NCBI GenBank assembly: GCA_904063045.1
Contig: CAJFCJ010000006.1
Span: 4,418,408-4,482,407, forward strand
Source of the DNA: Dimorphilus gyrociliatus
Lineage: Eukaryota > Animalia > Annelida
Reading direction: 5' to 3'
DNA length: 64,000 nt
Each line of letters starts with the position of its first letter. The stretch's first letter is position 1. This document shows positions 50,901 to 64,000 of the stretch, piece by piece. A program made the position numbers and the translations under genes. The notes below the pieces were generated by a model. That model had not been told where the DNA came from. It did no database searches and saw nothing but the letters and a program-made list of their open reading frames with translations.

Positions 50901-53439
50901 TATTAACCAAACACAGTTCGATTCAAAATGAGTTGCCATTGCTGTGTATATAATTTTATTGGTTTTCATTAAAAAGATAAACAAATTCATTGACTAATAA
51001 TGATTATATTTGTAAAGGAAAGAAATTCAATTAAAGAGGCTATTTTCCTATTTCTATTGAGGAAAATATATTTTCACAACAAAAATTAACACCTCACCCG
51101 AAATAGCTGCTATTCCTCTTGATATACGGCCAGAATAGACTCTATCTGTATAACTGTAGTGAAATCTATCGAGAGAAGGATCGAAAACATTTTCAATACT
51201 CAGGTATATTCTACTCTTGTAGGGATTCGATGCAATTGTCGTAAAAGTATAATCTCTAGGCCAACTATATCCAATGCAAGAATCGGTTATTCTCGTTTCA
51301 TTGGACAGATAAATATGATTCAAACTTATTGAACAAATTTTTTTTCCATTCGTATAATGAATAAAGGTCTGATTCATAAAATTCTTCAATCCAAAAGTAC
51401 CTATTAGGGTGGGTGAGAAAGAAAATGAAAGAAATGCTCCGATGGGGAAAATTCAATTAATTTTTCTTTAATAAATTATATGGTATAGGAAAAATTTTCT
51501 CCTTACTGCAACTCTTATCGTCAGCAGTCAAATAACTCCCGATTTCACAGGAACACGCTTGACCACTCTCAAAATTCGATAGTAATAACTGACCGCAAAT
51601 TTGTCCATTATTAACTGTATAAAGAATATAAATATATATATATATATATAATCTTCCTGAAGAACCTTTAATTTATTCGCAGTTAAACATTTCTTTTTAG
51701 AAATTACAATCAATAGTAATTATATTAAATATAGGCCTAACCAGACAAATTTTTGCCTCCTACTGCGAAAGATTCCCCAAGTAGAGTTGCGTTGGGAGTT
51801 ATGCAAAACTCGTACGACGTGTCCGCATTGCTAATCGACTCATTTTTGGTCGTGAAAGAAATACTGTCTTCGTTTATTTTACGAACATGATTAGTTTCAT
51901 CAGTTACCAATAGGTGTCCCTGTAAACAAGAGTGAATTAAGCAGATATTCATCGCAAAAATGTTGTTGTTGTTGTTTAAAGTAAGCTAAGAAAGAAACGG
52001 AAGCGGAGACTTTTCTCCCTGAGCTAATTTAATCAGGAAAAACACCTCTATTCTCACTCTTCTTCTAGCTTGTGTCTTAACCATCTATAATCTACTACTT
52101 TCTCCCTCTACTTTTTATTTTCTTCTGTTTCTCTCTTATTTACTTTATTTATAAACATTTTTTAAATAATTCATTATTAAATACTGACACTGAGTTGCCA
52201 AAATATAATTGATTTTACATTAATGCTATTGAATTTAATAATTCGAACTGTGTTGGTTGTGATGTTCATAAAAAGTATATTTCTTTGATCCGAAAAGATA
52301 AATCTATTGAAAAAAAAAGGAAAGAAAGAAAAGAAAACAGTATATTAATAGGATTCATTACGCAATAAGGGAAAAAAAGGAAAACCTAGATAAACAATCT
52401 AACTTAATTAGTGGAATCTAAACTTTTCTGATTTATATAGCTGTTTAAAACAAAAAAAAAACAGAGAAAGAAAGAAGATAAAAAAAAATACGTATAACTG
52501 CAATAAGAGAAGAAATGATTCTCTTACCCCTCGGTTGTGGAAGACTGTAATGATATAGATTCGTTATGAGTGTAAAGAACTTGAATTTTCGAATTAGTTT
52601 TGAGTGGCCAGGAGAGAATACTTCTACCAGTACGAGACAAGAAGAATAGAAACCTATGTAATTTACAAAGTAAAATTTATATAGTTGATTAGAAATAATA
52701 TAAAATCGTTATCATTTACCTTTTATATTCATTTATAATCAGTTTTGTTGCTGGTGGAACGGATATAAATAGTATCAGAGATCTTTTCGGTTTGTTGTTA
52801 TTGTTTAGTCGTGTAACTTTTAATTGTAAGAAAAATGATTCTATCCAATAAACATTACCAGTCTGTTGATCAACAACTAGACTGCTAATTTCTAAATTGG
52901 GACTATCGTCTAAAATTTCTTCCTTAAAATTTCCTTCTTCGAGTAATTCAATCGATATTAAATTTCTGTATAATTAATATATTATGCATTAATAGATTGT
53001 TGCCTCTGTCGCCTTTTTGACCGTTAATTTATTACAGTATATTGAATCATATAATGAAAAAGTAAAGGTAGAGGAGAAGGAGGAGAAGGAAAAGGAAAGA
53101 TACGGAAAGATAGATAAACAAAAAGAAATACTATCAAACCTTCTTAACAGATCGTAATAGATGAGTATGTTTTTCGAAAAGTATAAATCTAGGACGTCCC
53201 TATTATATCGACCGTAAATAACGTATGAATAATTTGACACTGATAATTGAAAATGAGTATTATTCAATTGTAAAACCAGAGTAGCATTAACAGTTTCCGA
53301 GCAATTTTGACAGGATGCTGAAAATTTAATATTTATATATTTTCAATCCTGAAAAAGAGTTAATATAAGCTGTCTTTTACCTACCCAAATATAACAATGA
53401 TGCAAATAATAATAAGGTAAGAGATCTATCACGTTCCAT
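47915..53439 (-). CDS. Type I membrane receptor with divergent YWTD beta-propellers, EGF modules, a Ser/Thr/Pro stalk and TM (LRP/pro-EGF-like), multi-exon
   Basis: Signal exon ATG 53439 (MERDRSLTLLLFASLLYL). Propeller blades such as LTYDLRNKRIFYYD and IYFTN; EGF modules CQHICV..CVCQDGY..C and CEQLCV..CLCSDGY..C. TM exon LVGIIVGIAIALILIIIAVVLFKK at about 48270-48360; tail to the stop at 47915. Confidence 0.75.
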
Positions 53440-53835
53440 TATATTTCTACTCGTTCCTTAAGTAGCCATTATTAAAGTGAATATGGGCTTAGACTCCTTG
53501 GATCACAGTGACCATGCAAGTATCAAAACATTTTTATACGTATCTATACACGAATAATTGACACGAAAAAGGATATTGACCGCATAGGCCTGTTTAAGAC
53601 CAAGTAATGTATTCCATTGACAACGGATTAAGGTGGCACACAACAGCTTAAGATAAGAAGTAGGACTTTTCGTTTATGCATTATTACAGATTTCATGTAC
53701 AGCAAGTAGATATTCATGAATATAAAATGAAATTTTTTATGTGTACTACTAAATCTATATATATACTGTATATACATAAATGATTTATAAAGAAGAATTT
53801 CGTTTTCTCGTTACAATGTTCTATTTACTCAATGA

Positions 53836-55351
53836 TTAATAACAAGCAAGCCCTAAGAGAGAATTTAAATTCACTCCAAAGATTTTCTTGAAGAAAGCAT
53901 CCTTAACAAAATCGTGAGGTATTGTCCTTAGAAGGTTAACCGAAAAAAGAATCTTTCCTATCCTCATTGTGTCGTTTGCAGTCTTCTCTTTAGTATAATT
54001 AGATAGAGATGAACAACAATGTTCGTGTAATCTTTTTATTCGATCTTTTTCCAAAACTTGGGCATCTATTAAAAAGGAGGAGGATTTAAATGATTGTTAA
54101 TAATCATTTCTATAATCAATAGAACCTGTATCGAGGAAGAGAATTTGTTCTATATATGTAAATTCGATTGAATCAAAATTCAAATTTTGGCAATTAATTA
54201 TAGCTTGTCTTATCTTATCCATACTTTCTTCAGAAACCTGTCAATAGGGGGCGTATAGAGATGGAAGGAATTATTTTCTAATAAAAGCCACAGATGGCGC
54301 TTCAGTCTTTATGATAAAGACGAACTTACTTTGGGATCCAATTGGCCGAAAGTTCCATACCAATGAATAAGTAAGCCTCCTATATCTATTGACCAAGAGC
54401 TTGCATGCAAAAGGAACAAATTCTTCCATGTCGTTCTCATTAGAACAGATTTGTCAAATGTATGTAAATTTGAAAAAAAATAGGATGCCTGAATCTTTCT
54501 AACAGCTGTTAAGAGAATTTGAACGGATAATTGTTTTGCCACAGTTTCTCTCTGCAAGGTTTTAGTTGTAATATTCCGTTTTTCCTCACTGTGTCCACAT
54601 TCAGACCCACCTCGTCTGGCTTGTAAAATCGAGGGCACTGAGAAAATAGGAGTTGCCGCTAATTGCGGAACTTGACGACTTTGATATAAAAAGGAAGCTG
54701 GAATGACACTCTCTGGTTTTCTCATTTTATGTCCTTTATTCTTTCTAGGACCTCTCTCCTCTTGAACAGCTAGAATTTATCGATAATATTCAACACTTTT
54801 GAATATACTGTATATTTTAGTATATAGAGAGATGGTATATAGTAAAAAATTCTTACCATTTTTGTTCATGCGAACGCTTAAGCATTTTCGAAGTCTACAG
54901 TGAGGGCACCAATTTCTTCGTGCCTTATCAATAACACAATTACCAGCCCCTATACAAGTATAAGCCATCTTTTTTCGAATACTTCTCTTAAAAAAACAAC
55001 TACATCCGTCGCAGCAAAAGACTCCTACATGAAACAAATTTCAAGTGAATAATGACAGCAAAGTTGTACTTTAATAGATTATAGTACGCATATATAAATA
55101 GTATATGTAATATGTTCTACATTTTTTTTAAGTATAAAAAGTAGTTCATATTTCATACCGTAATGTTTTCCATAGCTTTTGTCTCCACAAACTTTACACG
55201 GAACGGGAATCGGTAATGTTCTTCCTGGAAAAGAAAAAAAAAGAAAATTAAAAAAAAATTGATTCTTAAAGCTGTTTAAAAAAAAATCTGTAACATCTAA
55301 TATGCCTAATATTTTATCACTAGAACACGAAATAAAGATATACTTACCCAT
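53836..55351 (-). CDS. NR2E5: NR2E-subfamily nuclear receptor, Hr83/NR2E5-like, 6 coding exons
   Basis: Exons 55351-55348, 55224-55159, 55024-54857, 54769-54330, 54237-54126 and 54065-53836 splice in frame. [50 protein letters not shown]-box AVQEERGPR, divergent LBD ending RIGKIL..LR..FFK. Confidence 0.85.
54241..54301 (+). promoter_or_regulatory. Pair of CTCF-like motifs in one 92-nt intron of the nuclear receptor gene
   Basis: TCAATAGGGGGCGTA (54241-54255) and GCCACAGATGGCGCT (54287-54301). Confidence 0.5.
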
Positions 55352-56757
55352 ATTATATTTTTGCTGTCCAATATTAGAATGATAGAATTAGATTAGGATA
55401 ACTTTTTATAAATGAAGACAGGCATCAGCATAAATTAAGAAAATACTGGAGAATCTCAGAGATGGGCGGGGTGTCAGCATATTTCCTATTAGAGTTTCTT
55501 TGAGATGCATTCCCAGAATTTATGTTAAATATTGCTCTGAACATTCGTTTTTAATATATAAATGCAATAAAAAATGTCTGACGAAAATTAATTGATTAGT
55601 AACTTATTAAGTTTTATATATGAACAAAGTGGTCATCCCTCGTTTATAAATTAATAGGGAAATAAGGAGGAGGAGCTAAACACGTGACCAAGAAGTTGGT
55701 ATCTCTTAAGTGGAGACGCATTCGTTTGTTCAGGCATCGCTACTGATTAAGTAAGAGCAGACAAAATCGAAAATCGTATGACTGTTTGATAGGGAAAGTA
55801 TTATTTGATCAGACGTTCTTTGGTGAATTATTATTACTTAAAAAAGAAGAATCCAAAACAATAGGCATACATTTCGGCAGAAATTTTATACGCTTTACCG
55901 GATTACTCTTTTGCAACGGCAAATGTTGCGCGGATAAGTAGCCTTATTGAACAATTTGATGGAAAGAAGCGGTAAACGTCAGATGAGTCTGTACAGCTGC
56001 GGCAGGTGGATGTCACCAGACTCTATTCAGTGTCATTCACTTATCAGTGCTAGTCTATAAAGTTTTTCTCAAATTTCATAAATACGCAATTGGCTTGAAT
56101 ATGTAAATAAGCCGGTACATAGAGCTTTAAACTTACGTAATAATAGCACATTCCCCTCATTCTCTAAAGACTATAATTAGAAATGAATCAATATTACGAA
56201 ATATCAGAGAATCATTACAAGAAATTTAAAACGTTCAGAAATTTTCGCTTCATATTTCGTAACTTAATTAATTTAGTATTTAAGTGATAGTTTATCATTC
56301 TGTCTTTCACTTTACAATATGAAATACAAGACTCAAAAAGGAAAAATAATTAGCGTTTTGCCTGATAGCGGCAATAATGATGTTTTCGCGAGCATTAACG
56401 TTCAAAGGTACGATTCTTAATACTATATTGCTGTATATTGGAAGAAATCCATTACTAAACGACAGTCATTAAATTTATTGAATTTTTGAATTATTTTATA
56501 TATGCGTAGAAAAATTTAAAAAAATTATTAAATGCGCGCGGAAGTCGTGATATGCACCGGATATGATTACATCGAAACTATTTCTTTATCAGATTATTAA
56601 AAACCTTTTTTCTAATTGATTTAAATCAGTTTGAATAAAATTTATATTAAAATTTAGATAAATATTAGGATATATACTTATTTATGTATAGAAAAATTTG
56701 CGTTTTAGCTGTGCGGCACTTTTTAACGCGCAATAACCTAGGCGGAAGTAGCCGTAA

Positions 56758-56768
56758 CCTTTCTTTCT
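56758..56768 (+). promoter_or_regulatory. TCT/5'TOP-like pyrimidine initiator of eIF4A
   Basis: CCTTTCTTTCT fits YCTYTYY, lies about 30 nt before the ATG, and has an ETS-like GCGGAAGT just upstream. Confidence 0.5.
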
Positions 56769-56793
56769 ATACGCGGTATAGTCTACTCTCAAC

Positions 56794-58703
<1,910 letters not shown>

Positions 58704-59891
58704 CCATCTGTAAAACTCTGTTATCTGTTGTCTGTCGATTGTTTTTTTTCCACCAAACAATCTGCTTATCGAATTTTATTAGGATTTTTTTGGAAAATAA
58801 TTCACAAAGTGTCGATAAAAAAAGATATAAATATGTATAAATAAACTACAATATAATCCGCTTAAGTCAAATGTCCCCATATCAATATTCTTCTTTTTTT
58901 AGTAAATTCCCACAGGGAAGTTGTTTCAACCTCCTACAACTAAAACGTTTTGTTATAAATATTGTACTATACTTCTAAATTCCGTGTATTTGATGGTCCA
59001 CTCTATTGATATAACATCAAATTAATAAATGACCATCAAATCTCTTTTGTTTAAGTCAATCAAGTTTATTTAAATTATACTAAGCATTTTGTTGACATAA
59101 ACGGATTATAGTACAGAAAACTTAAATAATATATTTGGTTTAATACCCATTACAAGAAATTATCTTTCATTATTTACGACTGCATTGTGATTGCATGCAG
59201 AACATCGTTCATCGTTTAAAGCAACCTCTTATGAATTTGTTGATCGTCTAGCCAAGTCCAATTTCTATCCTAGACAGACGATGAAGTAATAATGTAAATA
59301 CTGTTTGTTACAGAATCGGACTTTGTGCCTGCGTTGAACTTTTTATTTTAATGCTAAACGTTATGTTTTCGTATTTATTACTCTTTAAGTCTTATTATGT
59401 TTTTGTGTTTCTTTTTACTTTTATTTTTTATTATTTTATGTCAAAATCTATATATAGTCTACATATACATATATATATGTATATATATGCATATGTATGT
59501 ATTAATATATGTATAGATATATATATGTATATAATGTATATATATATATATATATATATATGTTTATATAAATATTAATTACGTTAACATTATAACTGTT
59601 ACATACGTAAAAAGTCTACTCATCAATAAATACATTATGAAAAATTACCCGTGAAAAAACACTTGATAGTACGCCACCTATAACTGAGGCTTTACCATCG
59701 ATCTCATTTCGAACAAACCACTTATCGATTAACAACTCATTTAACTGAAAGTCATATGTACGGTTTTGAATCGAAGTTTGTATTATTTAGATTAACAGAT
59801 AAACCGAAAAAAACAGCCAGCTGGTGCAATTTCTACTTTCGCACCCTCAATAAAACACTGCTTTCTTTCTCTTAACTGCAAAGGACGGGGA

Positions 59892-62800
59892 ATGTACAGA
59901 ATTATAAAATTGAACTTTTTAGTGGTTACTCTCTATCTGTCAAACTCGGCTTCTCTATTACGTAAGTAGACAAAAAATAAGGAAATATTAGAAAGTTTCT
60001 GTGTTCAATACCTGTATAAAAATAGTGCGCGTTTATGAAAAAAAGCCTCTTGAGACGATCTGTTGGCAATGCACGTCCGCAAACAGTCAGACTGAATTAA
60101 TAATGATTTATATTATGAATACAAGTGTATATGCAATGCTTTTATTTATTTTTCGTTATTTTTTCTTCTTTCCCTAAACAGATGTTCAAGTTTTCCATCA
60201 GGTTGAAATTTTGGAGAAGTTAGTGTCACAAAGCGAAAAGATTTCTTTTACGACAGTTACTCAGCCGGATTTTTATGATCTGTATAAATTACCATGCCAA
60301 AAGACAATTATATATGTCCTATTAAAGGATTGTTCGGAAGTGAGAGATGACGATTACTTGCCATATCTACACGTTTGTCTGTGCTACGATACGTTAAATA
60401 GTCAGTTAATAGTCCGTCCATGTAAATACGCCGCCATCCGTCCCATTGCCATTAAATATCTGATTCATCACCTGAAATGGATGGAAACAGTAGCATTTTA
60501 TCGTTCATTAGAAGGTCTATAACAATATTTACAGTATAATTTAATATAAATAGATATATAATATGTTCCATATTGTTTTACAAATAACTGACTAGTGGTA
60601 AAAAAAATCGACAGATAAATACTTGACGAGCTTAGTTCAGGCTTTGGGCGGAACGAAATCATTGTTTGTTGATTGGTCGCTTGTGAATTTGAAAGAAAAG
60701 CTGTTAAATATCAAATTTCGTTCAAGAGATCGACATTTTATAGCATCATCGTCTAATGCGACACAAATTTTCGAATTTGTAACAGAAGTAAGATACAATA
60801 GATATATATATATCCTATGTGGTAATATATTACTAACTCAGCTGCGTTCGTCGTATATGCTTGGACCTTCTTTTCGGTGGATAATTGACTTGAGCATATT
60901 AAAAGAATATAATGAGGAGTCAGAAGAGGAGATTGCTCGCAATCTGTGGGATGGTAAAGATAATGCTATGATAACGAGAGCCGATAGGAGATGGCCATTA
61001 AAAACGTATCTTGAGGTAATCGAACAAAAAAAAATTGTATTGTTTAATTCTTCGGAATTCTCATTTGCTAAGAAAAGAGAAAACAAAAAGGGGAATTCAT
61101 TATAATTCTCTTGTGCAAATGTAAAAGCATGCACGTGATCGTGTGAATAAACACGTGACCAACCATTTCCATTTTGCTCCTACAGTCTCTATTTTGTCAC
61201 TCTTTACAATAATTATTAAGTAGTATAATGTACGCATATTTAATGATTGTTATACATAAGAATAATTAATCTGAGAATATCTTCTCGCTGCTCTCAGACG
61301 ATTGTAGAGGTTGGTGAGAACAACTCATTTACGGATTATCAGTGCCTGCCCAAATTTTTAAAGGAGTATCAACAACTTTTAAACGAAGAATTGGAAAAGG
61401 TAACAGACGACTGTCCGTATAAACTAAAAAAATGTAGTTATGGATGTAATAATAAAGAAATAAGGCTATACGACGCTGCTCTATTTAAGTTAAGAAATAA
61501 CAAATTACAATTTGAGATGTTAAAAGATGAGAAATTATTCCCCGAAGAATTTGAAGGATTTAATAAAAGAAAGTTGAGAGTGGCGACCTTACATGTAAGT
61601 TTAAATAATAGTAGATTTATTGATTTCATATTCTGTACTTATTAGTATTTAAACTCCAAATTACAACTATCTTTATAAATTTTAGTATCCGCCATTTGTT
61701 AAACGACAACTCGATTCAAACGGAAATATCTTGAGTTATACTGGAATGTGTATTGAGATGCTGGATGCTTTGGCAAACCGGCTAAATTTTACATACGATC
61801 TTATGGAGCCGGCTGATAAGACGTTTGGTATCGAAGTTAACGAATCTGGCGAATGGAATGGATTAATTGGCCTTCTACAAAGAAGAGAAGTTGATCTTGT
61901 AGCGGGAGCCTTAACTATAACTCATACTAGAGAAGATGTTGTAGATTTTACGCATCCATATTGGGAAGAACCTACCGTATTAGTAATCCGTGAACCAACC
62001 CGAACAGTTGATATGTTTGCTTTTTTCAAGGTAGTAATAAACTAAAAGTAACTTTCACTATTAAATTCATTCATTATTTGTTTAGCCTCTGAGTTGGCAA
62101 GTCTGGCTGTCGGTTTATGCGTCGTTAATTCTTGTCTCGTTATGTTTATGGCTTTTTACTATCACGCACAAAGCGTCTTCTAACAATCCATTAAATCGTT
62201 TATATAACTGTATATGGTACTGCTATGGTTGTATAACTCAGCAAGGAGCCGTCAGTGAAATAAAGAGTAGTTCTGGAAGATATATTGTTGGTACATGGTG
62301 GATTTTTGTCTTGGTTATTGTTGCTACCTACACAGGAAATCTTATTGCGTTCCTTACTACAAATATCCCAAAATTACCTTTTTCAACACTCGAGCAGATG
62401 GCGCAACAAAAGGAGTATGCCTACGGGTTACAAGATGGTATTGTCCAAATGATGCTATTTAAAGTAACACATTGTTTGTCATATTGTTTGCGCTATTCAT
62501 AAGATTACTTTTTGTATTATTTAGACATCTTCAAATCCAACCTATAAAAGAGTCTGGGAAGGAATATCAAGTCATCGTGATGATGTTTTAGTTAAAGATA
62601 CAACCGAAGGCCTCGTCAAGGCAAAAAACGAGAAATACATTTATATTGGCGAGAAGACGAATATAGAAGCAGAAATGGCTTCAGATTGTAATATAACTTT
62701 ACTACCTGAAGAGTTTTTCAAGGTTGGTTTTGGATTTGCTCTTCAGGATGGGGATCCTTACGGAGAGGTTTTTAATAAGGAGTTCGTAAAATTTCGTCAT

Positions 62801-63327
62801 TTTTCAATTAAAAGAGTAGCTTTTTCATAATTAATCTCTTTCTTTTTAGAATTATGAGTATACTTGAAGGTGGACTTATCCAGAGGTGGAAGAAGAAACA
62901 CTGGCCTGCTGAACATTGTAAGGCAACTGTAAAAATAGCTCATGTAAATGTTATATCCTTCCGAGATTGTATAGGACAATTTGCTCTCTTAGCGGCAGGA
63001 ATAGGAGTGGCTACATTGATTTTAACAGCTGAATATCTTATACTTCACACTCAGAAACGTCGATTTTTAAAGAAGAAGAAGCGAAGAATTTCAGTTGCAT
63101 CCGTATCTAGAAGAGTTGGCAGTGTCCCACCATTTAAAATACCTCAAGCAGATAGACTAGAGGACGAAACACCTACAATGAATAAACTATCTGTAAATGA
63201 ATCAGACTCTGCAGTATATTCAGTTTCATCCACACCAAATTCATCCTGCGAAAATATAGATGTGATAACTGATGAGGCGAATGTTAACAATAGCAGAAAA
63301 CCTAGCGACACACTGAATGGAAGATGA
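59892..63327 (+). CDS. Variant ionotropic glutamate-receptor-family channel (IR-like), multi-exon
   Basis: Probable signal exon at 59892-59961. S1 LRVATLH|YPPF..GEWNGLIGLL..VDL..LTITHTRE.VVDFT, M1, pore NCIWYCYGCITQQG, M3 ATYTGNLIAFLT, S2 and M4 FALLAAGIGVA. Confidence 0.88.
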
Positions 63328-63436
63328 CAAAGACAAATAACCCGGATTAATTATAAATTTATTATATTTCAATTTATTTTCTTGTCGGAAAATAATTTAT
63401 TATTCTTGCTAGGTAATAAAAGAACATTGTATTATT

Positions 63437-64000
63437 CTATATTAGGCTTAAACTGTGCACTGTCTCATAATATCCATCACTGTCGGTTGAAAATCGCTTT
63501 GACAACAATATCGAATCAACTTTCAAAGTACCGAACGGATAATCACCAAGTTTCGATAAGATATTACTGCAATTGAACGACTTTCTGGTACTATTAGTAG
63601 ATCGGAATAAGGAATTCATTAGTGTAACGTGCATTTTCACTCGGTCATATTGCTGCTTTATAAAGCGAGTAGAATTTAATCTGAAATATAAGATTCTATA
63701 ATGGTACAATTGAATTTACATCTTAACACTACCTGTCCATTAGAGCTTCAACAACCGCTTTTAATGCGTCACATTCGGTTACTTTAGCGTAAAGAACATC
63801 TACTTCATTCGTATCATCGTTCATTATTTCAAGACCTTCTATACAGGCTTCCATTCCATTTTGATCGGGTTTAGCCCTATTAATTATTTATTAAAATAAG
63901 ATAATAATAAAAAAAGAATGAATGAGAAATGATTAATTCAGTATATATGTAAATATAAATAAAAACCGAAGAAAGTTTGCTCTGAATTCATCGAGTACTT
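63437..64000 (-). CDS. ASCC1: 3' exons of activating signal cointegrator 1 complex subunit 1 (2H phosphoesterase-like domain); the gene continues beyond the window
   Basis: IEGLEIMNDDTNEVDVLYAKV, VKMHVTLMNSLFR, RKSFNCSNIL..FGTLKVDSILLSKRFSTDSDGYY. Confidence 0.85.

Overview
Eukaryotic (animal) nuclear DNA: very AT-rich and gene-dense, with many GT-AG introns of about 50-100 nt. The gene set (Hr83/NR2E5-like nuclear receptor, IR-like ionotropic receptor, FMRFamide-receptor-like GPCR) points to a protostome invertebrate. The compaction would fit a miniaturised lophotrochozoan such as the annelid Dimorphilus, which is an unverified guess. I hand-spliced about 22 protein-coding loci: a C2H2 zinc-finger protein with an unnamed N-terminal domain, CKAP2-like, an LRR membrane protein, C4orf33, a PA-TM-RING E3, N6AMT1, a peptide GPCR, a CPI-motif actin-capping regulator, OSTM1, eRF1, ARP1/ACTR1, HIGD2A, NOP16, a RING-less MEX3, a YWTD/EGF receptor, NR2E5, eIF4A, an IR-like iGluR, the 3' part of ASCC1, and several orphans. 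I found no prokaryotic-type system, CRISPR array, tRNA, rRNA or intact transposon. The main observations not explained by the ORF track are: (1) an H/ACA snoRNA matching SNORA21/snR10 inside an eIF4A intron; (2) about 17 TATA-C(A/T)G-TA motifs matching Tc1/Sleeping-Beauty-type excision footprints; (3) CTCF-like motifs at gene boundaries; (4) MEX3 lacking its RING domain; (5) two convergent genes whose stop codons are 6 bp apart; (6) promoter-like islands with no assigned gene. Exon boundaries are manual and lack RNA support.
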